From Bacteroidales bacterium GP3 (GTDB lineage Bacteria; Bacteroidota; Bacteroidia; Bacteroidales; Muribaculaceae): a stretch of 47,077 nt of DNA. The stretch is taken from assembly GCA_001701075.1 (NCBI GenBank), contig DAAK01000131.1, positions 1 to 47,077 on the forward strand. Direction: 5' to 3'. Shown one piece after another: positions 39,637 through 47,077 of this stretch. The notes below the pieces were generated by a model. It did not search any database, had not been told where the DNA came from, and saw nothing but the letters and a program-made list of their open reading frames with translations. Positions within the stretch are counted from its first letter, which is position 1. Every line of letters begins with the position of its first letter. The position numbers and the translations under genes were made by a program.

Positions 39637-40323
39637 TTATTTTTCGGTTTCCTCTTTCTTCTCTCTGTCAAAAACCGAGTTGAAAGCCTTGGAGCAATCT
39701 GAAGAAAAGAAAATGATGAGCAATCCAACTCCGACACAGATTGAGGCATCTGCTATATTGAAGATATATTGGAAGAACTCATATTCTTTGCCTCCCAATC
39801 CCGGAATCCATGATGGCCAAGTGAAGGAGAAGAATGGGAAATATAGCATATCCACTACCCTTCCTTCAAACCATCCGGCATAACCGCCTCCAGCTGGGAA
39901 AAGGACAGCATGTTGCGGAGGGAATGGATTATTGAAAATCTCTCCGAAGAAAACACAGTCGAATATGTTTCCGGCAGCCCCAGCAGTGATCAGAGCACAA
40001 GCAATGAAGAACCCCTTTCGCAGATTTGTGACCGACAGAGCCTTCTTAATAAACCAAATAAAGAATATTACTGCGGCTATTCTGCCAAAGGTTAGTATTA
40101 ACTTGTTGAAAAGTTCCATCCCGAAAGCCATACCGTTGTTTTCAATGAATTTGATCTGAAACCATGGTAAGACTTCATAAGACTCACCCAAATAGAAATG
40201 GGTCTTGACATAGAACTTTACAGCTTGGTCGATGATCACAACCAGAAGCATCACTATAGTGACCAGCCACCCTGTAGTCAACACAGAGTGGCGGGTATTA
40301 TTATTTTTAAGCTTATCTGTCAT
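39637..40323 (-). CDS. lspA: Lipoprotein signal peptidase II
   Basis: IDQAVK, ENNGMAFG, GAAGNIFD, VVDML, IFNIAD; likely ATG at 40323. Confidence 0.95.
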   Translation of the reverse strand: MTDKLKNNNTRHSVLTTGWLVTIVMLLVVIIDQAVKFYVKTHFYLGESYEVLPWFQIKFIENNGMAFGMELFNKLILTFGRIAAVIFFIWFIKKALSVTNLRKGFFIACALITAGAAGNIFDCVFFGEIFNNPFPPQHAVLFPAGGGYAGWFEGRVVDMLYFPFFSFTWPSWIPGLGGKEYEFFQYIFNIADASICVGVGLLIIFFSSDCSKAFNSVFDREKKEETEK

Positions 40324-40328
40324 ATTCT

Positions 40329-43300
40329 TCAACGCACTACGTTGGCGAGAATCTTCATGCCGTCGATATCAAGTTCCTTAGCGGGATTTGGCACTTCTGA
40401 TGCAACTTCGATAGAATCAGCAAGTACTTGGGAAGCGATGTAGTCCTTGTATTCATTTAGGCAAGCTTCCACTTCCGGAGTTGCAGAAAGCACTACCTTC
40501 ACGCGGTCGGTAATGGCAAAATCAGATTCCTTACGTATGTTCTGGATTCTGTTGATAAGATCGCGTGCAAGTCCTTCATTGCGCAGCTCATCTGTGACAG
40601 TGACATCAAGTGCAACTGTCACATTGCCTTCGTTTGCCACGAGCCATCCAGGAACGTCCTCCGGTATGATTTCCACGTCATCAAGTGTGACAACAGGAGC
40701 GCCACTTATTTCAGGGAACTCAATCTTACCTTCGCGCTCAAGCAAAGCAATCTGTTCGGATGTCATGGTAGTGATAGCTTTTCCGAGATCCTTCATCACC
40801 TTTCCATAGCGTGGACCGAGTTTCTTGAAGTCAGCTTTGACTTTCTTCACGAGTCCGGACTCTTCATTGTCGACAATTTTGACTTCCTTGACATTGACTT
40901 CAGCAGCCACGAGCGGCGCGATGGCCTCGAAATCTGCCTTCTGAGAAGCATCGATAGCCGGAACTAATAATTGGCTGAGCGGTTGACGCACCTTGATATT
41001 GACCTTACGGCGAAGTGCAAGAACAAGCGACGTTGCTATCTGGGCAAGTGCCATACGGCGTTCGAGAGCTGGATCTACAAGAGCAGGATCGCTTACCGGG
41101 AAGTCGGCCAAATGCACTGATGCATATCCTTCTCCCTCTGTGGCAGCTCCAATAAGGTCGCTATAGAGACGGTCGGCATAGAATGGAGCGAATGGAGCCA
41201 TCAGCAATGCAACAGTCTTCAGACATGTATACAGAGTCTGATATGCTGCAAGTTTGTCGGTATCCATTTCACCGGCCCAGAAGCGTTTGCGGTTAAGGCG
41301 AACATACCAGTTAGAGAGATTGTCGTTGACGAATGTCTCTATCGCACGAGCCGCTTTTGTCGGCTCATAGTCATCGAGATCTTTTTCTACTTCAGCCACG
41401 AGAGTATTGAGCAGGGATAAAACCCAACGGTCAATTTCCGGACGCTCTGCGACTGGCACTTGTGCTTCATAGCCAGTGAACCCATCTACATTGGCATATT
41501 GAGCGAAGAACTTATATGTATTGTAGAGAGTTGAGAAGAGCTTGCGGCTAACCTCTGTCACTCCATCCTCGTCATACTTGAGGTTATCCCATGGGGATGA
41601 GTTGGAGATCATATACCAGCGAACCGGGTCGCTACCAAACTTCTCTATATTGCCGAAAGGATCGATGGCATTACCAAGACGCTTGCTCATCTTATTGCCA
41701 TTCTTGTCAAGCACGAGTCCATTGGAAATCACGGCTTTGTAGCTGACAGAGTCAAACACCATGCCTGCGATGGCATGAAGAGTGAAAAACCATCCTCGGG
41801 TCTGGTCGACACCTTCTGCAATGAAATCAGCCGGATATATCTCGTGGCTGTCAAGAGCTTCCTTATTCTCGAAAGGATAGTGACACTGAGCATAAGGCAT
41901 AGCGCCTGAGTCAAACCAGACGTCGATTAGGTCGAGCTCACGCTTCATCGGGCGACCAGTCGGAGATACCAGAGTGATTTCATCGACATAAGGACGGTGT
42001 GGGTCAATCTTGTTATAGTTTTCCTTTGAGTAGTCACCCGGTTTGAAACCTTTAGCTGCGAATGGATTCTCCTTCATAACTCCAGCTTTGACTGCTTTTT
42101 CAATCTCATCGTAGAGTTCCTGATAACTACCGATGCAGATTTCCTCCTTACCGTCTTCGGTGCGCCAGATAGGAAGCGGAGTTCCCCAATAGCGAGAACG
42201 GCTAAGATTCCAATCCTGGACATTCTCAAGCCATTTGCCAAAACGGCCAGAACCTGTAGCTTCCGGTTTCCACTTGATAGTCTTGTTGAGCTCTATGAGA
42301 CGTTCGCGAGCCTGTGGAGTGCGGATAAACCAGCTGTCGAGTGGGTAATAAAGCACAGGCTTATCAGTACGCCAGCAGTGAGGATAGTTGTGGACATGCT
42401 TAGCGATGCTGAATGCCTGGCCGGCCATCTTCATCTCCATGCAAAGCACAATGTTGAGATCTTCAGCCTTGTTAGCTGCAGCTTCGTCATACTTTCCGCC
42501 CTCATTAAATTTCGGGTCGTAGGCATTCTTCACATAGTCGCCTGCATGTTTCGAATAAAGCTCTACGTCAACACACTTTTCAACAAACTCTGGAGCAAGC
42601 TCATCGACATTGTAATACTTACCAGTAAGGTCAACCATAGGACGGGTCTCCCCTCTCTTATTAACCATGAAGAGAGCCGGAATACAAGCTGCCTTTGCCA
42701 CCTTGGCATCGTCGGCACCGAAAGTAGGAGCAATATGTACGATACCGGTACCATCATCAGTGGTCACATAGTCGCCGGGTATCACGCGAAATGCCTCATC
42801 AGCAATTTCCACAAAGCGGTCGGTTCCTACCTCGTAGCATTTATCAGGATGAGCTTCAGCATATTCCTTCACATAGTCAGGAGCAAACTCATTTACCTTT
42901 TCAGTAGGCTTCACCCAAGGCATAAGCTGAGAATAATGCATTCCGACCAGGTCAGAACCTTTCCATTTGCCTACGATTTCATAAGGAAGCACTTTATCGC
43001 CATGCTTATAGTCGGCAAGTGGCAACTTAGCTCCTTCAGCCTTGAAATAAGTAGGAACGAGCACTTCTGCCATCACCACAGTGATAGGAGTTCCTGTATA
43101 TGGATTGTAAGTACGGATTGCCACGTAGTCGAACTTGGGTCCGACGCAAAGAGCTGTATTGGAAGGAAGTGTCCACGGGGTTGTGGTCCAAGCCATGAAG
43201 TATGGTTCACCCCACCCATTCATCTCAGGCTTCGGTTCAAGAATCTTGAACAAAGCGGTTGCAGTAGTATCCTTTACATCGCGGTAGCAACCAGGCTGAT

Positions 43301-43889
43301 TGAGCTCGTGGCTCGAAAGTCCTGTACCTGCGGCCGGAGAATATGGCTGGATAGTATATCCCTTATAAAGATATCCCTTATCATAAAGTTGACGGAGAAG
43401 CCACCATACTGATTCGATGTAGGAGTTGTCATAAGTGATATAAGGGTTATTTAGGTCGACCCAGTATCCCATCTTGTGAGTAAGGTCGGTCCATTCCTTA
43501 GTGTATTTCATCACCTCGCGGCGGCAAGCGGCATTATATTCCTCTACAGAAATCTTCTTGCCGATGTCTTCCTTGGTGATACCAAGAGTTTTCTCAACAC
43601 CTAATTCAACGGGAAGACCATGAGTGTCCCAACCTGCCTTACGCTTAACGTGGAAACCTTTCATCGTCTTGTAGCGGCAGAAGATATCCTTTATGGTGCG
43701 TGCCATCACATGGTGGATACCCGGCATACCGTTTGCCGACGGTGGACCTTCGAAAAAGACGAAAGTAGGACAACCCTTACGGACATCCATTGATGTCTCG
43801 AAGAGATTATGGCGATCCCAGACCTCAAGGATCTCCTTATTCACATTGGAGAGATTGAGTGGGGTTGAGTATTCTTTGAATTTTTTCAT
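40329..43889 (-). CDS. ileS: Isoleucyl-tRNA synthetase, type 2, with GIHH signature
   Basis: GPPSANGMPGIHH, GWDTHGLP, WTTTPWTLPSN, GTGIVHIAP, DWNLSRSRYWG, KMSKR. Confidence 0.98.
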   Translation of the reverse strand: MKKFKEYSTPLNLSNVNKEILEVWDRHNLFETSMDVRKGCPTFVFFEGPPSANGMPGIHHVMARTIKDIFCRYKTMKGFHVKRKAGWDTHGLPVELGVEKTLGITKEDIGKKISVEEYNAACRREVMKYTKEWTDLTHKMGYWVDLNNPYITYDNSYIESVWWLLRQLYDKGYLYKGYTIQPYSPAAGTGLSSHELNQPGCYRDVKDTTATALFKILEPKPEMNGWGEPYFMAWTTTPWTLPSNTALCVGPKFDYVAIRTYNPYTGTPITVVMAEVLVPTYFKAEGAKLPLADYKHGDKVLPYEIVGKWKGSDLVGMHYSQLMPWVKPTEKVNEFAPDYVKEYAEAHPDKCYEVGTDRFVEIADEAFRVIPGDYVTTDDGTGIVHIAPTFGADDAKVAKAACIPALFMVNKRGETRPMVDLTGKYYNVDELAPEFVEKCVDVELYSKHAGDYVKNAYDPKFNEGGKYDEAAANKAEDLNIVLCMEMKMAGQAFSIAKHVHNYPHCWRTDKPVLYYPLDSWFIRTPQARERLIELNKTIKWKPEATGSGRFGKWLENVQDWNLSRSRYWGTPLPIWRTEDGKEEICIGSYQELYDEIEKAVKAGVMKENPFAAKGFKPGDYSKENYNKIDPHRPYVDEITLVSPTGRPMKRELDLIDVWFDSGAMPYAQCHYPFENKEALDSHEIYPADFIAEGVDQTRGWFFTLHAIAGMVFDSVSYKAVISNGLVLDKNGNKMSKRLGNAIDPFGNIEKFGSDPVRWYMISNSSPWDNLKYDEDGVTEVSRKLFSTLYNTYKFFAQYANVDGFTGYEAQVPVAERPEIDRWVLSLLNTLVAEVEKDLDDYEPTKAARAIETFVNDNLSNWYVRLNRKRFWAGEMDTDKLAAYQTLYTCLKTVALLMAPFAPFYADRLYSDLIGAATEGEGYASVHLADFPVSDPALVDPALERRMALAQIATSLVLALRRKVNIKVRQPLSQLLVPAIDASQKADFEAIAPLVAAEVNVKEVKIVDNEESGLVKKVKADFKKLGPRYGKVMKDLGKAITTMTSEQIALLEREGKIEFPEISGAPVVTLDDVEIIPEDVPGWLVANEGNVTVALDVTVTDELRNEGLARDLINRIQNIRKESDFAITDRVKVVLSATPEVEACLNEYKDYIASQVLADSIEVASEVPNPAKELDIDGMKILANVVR

Positions 43890-43892
43890 GTT

Positions 43893-43928
43893 TGCGATAT
43901 GCGTTATGCGATTTTACGTTATGCGTTT
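43893..43928. repeat. Heptamer tandem repeat (TGCGwTA, about 5 copies) filling the ddl-ileS junction
   Basis: TGCGATA TGCGTTA TGCGATT T TACGTTA TGCGTTT. Confidence 0.75.
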
Positions 43929-43931
43929 ACT

Positions 43932-45116
43932 TTAGAATTTTGCTCCCTTGGCACCTTTGACACCACCTTTTCCGCCTCCGCCAAGAGCGAAGATATTGCG
44001 GTCGTAGCTGAAAGTCTTGCGTTCCACTTCACGCTTGCGCTTGAGAGCAAGTTGAACGAGCTTGTCCATAAGGTCAGCAAATTTTATGCCAGTTGCTTCC
44101 CATAGATAATAAGAGAGAGATCCGGGGATCGTGTTGATTTCGTTGACGTAGATCTGACCGTCGCTTTCATCGATCATCACATCTACTCGGCTTACCCCAT
44201 GGCAAGAGAGAACACGGAAAGTCTCGCAGGCGAGATGCTGAACACGTTCTGAAGTTTCTTTCGGTAGATCAGCCGGAATTCTTTTCTCACTGGCAGCCAT
44301 ACCCTCGTTTCCACCGCGATATTTTTCATCATAGCTGAGGAAATCACCTTTAGAAATAGGTTCCTCGCATACAGAAGGCTGATAATCGTCGCAATCACCG
44401 AGCACAGAACAGTTGATCTCTTTCATCTTCTCGAGCATATGCTCAACGATGATGCGCTGTGAGAATCGGCAAGCGGTGTCGACTTTCTCAATCAGTGACT
44501 GACGGTCGGCAGCCTTACCTATACCCACGCTTGAACCGAGGTTAGCAGGTTTTACAATTACCGGATACCCTATCTTTGACTCAATTCTCTCAATAAGTTC
44601 ATCGCGCTTGCGGCTCCATTCCTTGTCGGTAAACCAGACGTAGTCTACAACAGGAACTCCGGATTCGCGAAGTATCATTTTCATGGTGATCTTATCCATG
44701 CCGTTGGCCGAAGCAAGCACGTCACATCCCGCATAAGGAATACCTATCAGATCAAGCAGGCCTTCGATTGTGCCATCTTCACCGTTAGCACCGTGAAGCA
44801 CTGGAATCATTACATCGAGCGTTGCAAAAACATTTGAGCCAAACATCGGTTTATGACAGCGATAGAGGTTGAAGTCACCGTGATTGGGCTGCATGTAGAC
44901 CTCCTCACATTTTTTTATCAGAGAAGCTGTGTCACGGTAGGCTTTAAGATCGAGCAATGCCTCTCCGCAATACCAGCATCCCTCTTTGGTGATATATATC
45001 GGGGTAACATCATAAGAGTCACGGTCAATTGCCGCCATGGCCTGTGAGGCCGAAATAACGGATATTTCATGTTCGGTGGAGCGGCCGCCAAACAATACGC
45101 CTATTCTTGTTTTCAT
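43932..45116 (-). CDS. ddl: D-alanine--D-alanine ligase
   Basis: GGRSTEHEIS, LHGANGEDG, GMDK, KPANLGSSVG, SYDEKY, NEINTIPG. Confidence 0.96.
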   Translation of the reverse strand: MKTRIGVLFGGRSTEHEISVISASQAMAAIDRDSYDVTPIYITKEGCWYCGEALLDLKAYRDTASLIKKCEEVYMQPNHGDFNLYRCHKPMFGSNVFATLDVMIPVLHGANGEDGTIEGLLDLIGIPYAGCDVLASANGMDKITMKMILRESGVPVVDYVWFTDKEWSRKRDELIERIESKIGYPVIVKPANLGSSVGIGKAADRQSLIEKVDTACRFSQRIIVEHMLEKMKEINCSVLGDCDDYQPSVCEEPISKGDFLSYDEKYRGGNEGMAASEKRIPADLPKETSERVQHLACETFRVLSCHGVSRVDVMIDESDGQIYVNEINTIPGSLSYYLWEATGIKFADLMDKLVQLALKRKREVERKTFSYDRNIFALGGGGKGGVKGAKGAKF

Positions 45117-45149
45117 TTTATGATAGTATGAGTCAAATAGTTTACTTGA

Positions 45150-46766
45150 TTATTTAAAGGTGTCGGGGAGATCGTTTTCATAAAGCACTACATCACCCTT
45201 GCGGAGCATGGGAGCCAATACCTGCTGGCTCTCGGCAAAACTGCGCACTTTTATCAGCTGACATTTCGGGGCGTCGCCTTTTTCGGCGAGCACCTCCTCG
45301 ATGCCCGAACAGATGGCCTCGCGGTTATAGTTGCCTACAATCACGGCGATGTCGGCCGAACGGGCTATATGACGGCCGAACTCGCGGTTGAGTTCCTCCT
45401 GAAGTGAGCCAAGTTCTATCATGCCGGGAGTGATAACAATGCGGCGCCCTCCGGTCATTGAGGCAAGCACATCAAGAGCCATCTTCGACCCTGCCGGATT
45501 GGAATTGAAAGCGTCGTCGAGAATTGTTATTCCGCCGGGAGTGTGTTTAAGGCTGAGACGATGTTCCACAGCCTCGATCTGCTCCACACCATATTGAATT
45601 TCTTTATAGCTCATTCCCTCCTGAAGCGCCATAACCACCGCGCCGAGAAGATTGGAAATATTACATTCTCCCACCATACGGGTAGTAAGCGTGAAGTCGG
45701 TACCATCAGTACCTTTTACCCTAAACGTGCTTCCACCCGGGCTATATACAATATCGGTAGCTATGAAATCCGCTCCTTCGGTATTGGTCACGGCATATCT
45801 TAGGGTCTTTACATTTTCAACTCTACGATTGGCTACATACGGGAAATCGTTATTAACAATCGCCACACCATCGGCGGGAAGAGAATCCACAAGCTCGAAC
45901 TTTGTGCGCTGCACATTCTCAATTGTCTTAAACGACTCCAGATGCTGCTCACCCACAGCAGTAAGGATAGCCGACGAAGGATGCACGAGATCACATATCT
46001 CCTTGATGTCACCGATATTCTTTGCACCCATCTCAACAATAAAAATCTGATGATAGGGCTTAAGCATTTCCCTCACCGTGCGCACGACACCGAGGGTGGT
46101 ATTATAACTGCCCGGGGTCATAAGCACATCGAATTTCTGGGATAGAATCGTGTTGAGGAAATGTTTGGTGGAGGTTTTGCCATAGCTGCCTGTTATGCCT
46201 ATGACCTTGAGCTGAGGCATTGATTTGAGAATCCGAGCAGCATCATCAATATATCCCTGATTGATATGTTTTTCAATCGGGCTAAGAATCATGAGTGAGC
46301 ATACTGTCACTACATGCGACAGCACATAAAGAGCGATTGCAGCAAGCGAAACGCCATAAAGAATATCCTCAGGCCGTGTAAGTCCGAACCCAAGCGCCAC
46401 TCCTCCGGTCAGCAACAGGCATATCAGACAATCTACCGCCATGATACGGCGTGCGCGGGGAGTCATCACCAATGGCTTCTTGTATTTCTTTTTCAGCAAC
46501 ACAATGAAGTTGCACACGGCAAACAGCAGCATTACCCACACGGCCCAGTCGACCGAAGCCCATACCACCTGCGACAGAAGGAATACCGCCATGCCGAGCA
46601 AACGGGGGGTGGATGTGGTGTCGCCGCTCTGCTTAATCCAGTTCATATACCGCTCGCGACGATATGAATTTTGCTGAAGCATGGTGAGGTCGCGCCTCAG
46701 CTCGGCATAAAGATTGGCTAAGGCAGCCAGTGCGGTCAGGATATATATTATCGTAAGAAAGCTCAT
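45150..46766 (-). CDS. murF: MurF (UDP-MurNAc-tripeptide--D-Ala-D-Ala ligase) with N-terminal membrane helices
   Basis: GITGSYGKTSTK, SYNT, VEMGA, HLE, DDAFNSNP, PGMIELG; about 160-aa hydrophobic N-terminal extension. Confidence 0.9.
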   Translation of the reverse strand: MSFLTIIYILTALAALANLYAELRRDLTMLQQNSYRRERYMNWIKQSGDTTSTPRLLGMAVFLLSQVVWASVDWAVWVMLLFAVCNFIVLLKKKYKKPLVMTPRARRIMAVDCLICLLLTGGVALGFGLTRPEDILYGVSLAAIALYVLSHVVTVCSLMILSPIEKHINQGYIDDAARILKSMPQLKVIGITGSYGKTSTKHFLNTILSQKFDVLMTPGSYNTTLGVVRTVREMLKPYHQIFIVEMGAKNIGDIKEICDLVHPSSAILTAVGEQHLESFKTIENVQRTKFELVDSLPADGVAIVNNDFPYVANRRVENVKTLRYAVTNTEGADFIATDIVYSPGGSTFRVKGTDGTDFTLTTRMVGECNISNLLGAVVMALQEGMSYKEIQYGVEQIEAVEHRLSLKHTPGGITILDDAFNSNPAGSKMALDVLASMTGGRRIVITPGMIELGSLQEELNREFGRHIARSADIAVIVGNYNREAICSGIEEVLAEKGDAPKCQLIKVRSFAESQQVLAPMLRKGDVVLYENDLPDTFK

Positions 46767-46798
46767 GATTGATTTATTGAAGTCGTTTTTACTATCTG

Positions 46799-47077
46799 TT
46801 ATGATCTAAGAAAGCTGCGCAACACTGCGGCAAACCCCTGAGGATTGTCAAGAAAACTGTAATGCCCGCAACCCGGAAAGCTCACCAATCCGGCATCGGG
46901 AATAAGCTTCTCCATCAGCTTGGCATCACTGAGCGGGGTTGCGGTGTCGTTTTCGCCCCATATCAGCAGAGTCGGCGCCTTGATGAGCGGCATCACGCTT
47001 GTGAGGTCATGGTTAACAGCCATTGAGAGTGCCTGACGCATTACGGGAGAGGGCTCGGGCTTGAGAAACCGGTGCTT
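46799..47077 (-). CDS. Alpha/beta hydrolase, 3' part (runs off window)
   Basis: PTLLIWGENDTATP (Asp) and GCGHYSFLD (His); reading frame is open to the window edge. Confidence 0.85.
   Translation of the reverse strand, partial: KHRFLKPEPSPVMRQALSMAVNHDLTSVMPLIKAPTLLIWGENDTATPLSDAKLMEKLIPDAGLVSFPGCGHYSFLDNPQGFAAVLRSFLRS

Noticed and set aside
42378..43412. 344-aa plus-strand ORF
   Set aside because: Entirely antisense to ileS with no recognisable motif; typical shadow ORF.
43932..45116. ddl as a VanA/VanB-type D-Ala-D-Lac ligase
   Set aside because: The omega loop retains Tyr (SYDEKY) and there are no vanH, vanX or vanRS neighbours in the window.
46604..46609. G6 tract in murF as a phase-variation site
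   Set aside because: Too short, in frame, and in a likely essential gene.
47042..47077. Last 36 nt (KHRFLKPEPSPV) look unlike what I would expect in this hydrolase; possible contig-end chimera
   Set aside because: The frame is open and the stretch is too short to judge without alignment or reads.

Overview
A 47-kb, mostly housekeeping segment of a Bacteroidales chromosome, possibly Muribaculaceae-like (inferred from TAnnTTTG -7 promoter boxes and protein style). It has about 41 CDS. I found no rRNA, tRNA, CRISPR array, integrase or transposase. Left to right: a truncated flavodoxin-fold gene; hicAB with tandem operators; a MarR/DsbA(FrnE)/MBL-hydrolase module; an 11-gene minus-strand run (BadF-type kinase, thioredoxin-like protein, DoxX, mnmA, DUF151 nuclease, argR, argC-like, ssb, speA, truA, ligA); a three-gene xylan-type CAZyme cluster including a GH43-CBM6-GH8 fusion; rubrerythrin; polyferredoxin plus Tat aldo/keto reductase; serC-serA; trpB2; DUF4924-like-prfC; GH28; a thioredoxin; pyrG-ABC-F-pepO-aroE-comEC-sprT; and, on the minus strand, hydrolase-murF-ddl-ileS-lspA-DUF4296-like. 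The best candidate for an undescribed system is an ArgR whose arginine-binding GDDT motif reads GANT, directly followed by an intact ArgC homologue lacking its catalytic Cys, dinucleotide-binding glycines and substrate loop, then a tail-less SSB and arginine decarboxylase. A second recurring signal is 7-9 bp tandem repeats filling four different intra-operon junctions. All family calls come from motif recognition by eye; no database search was run.
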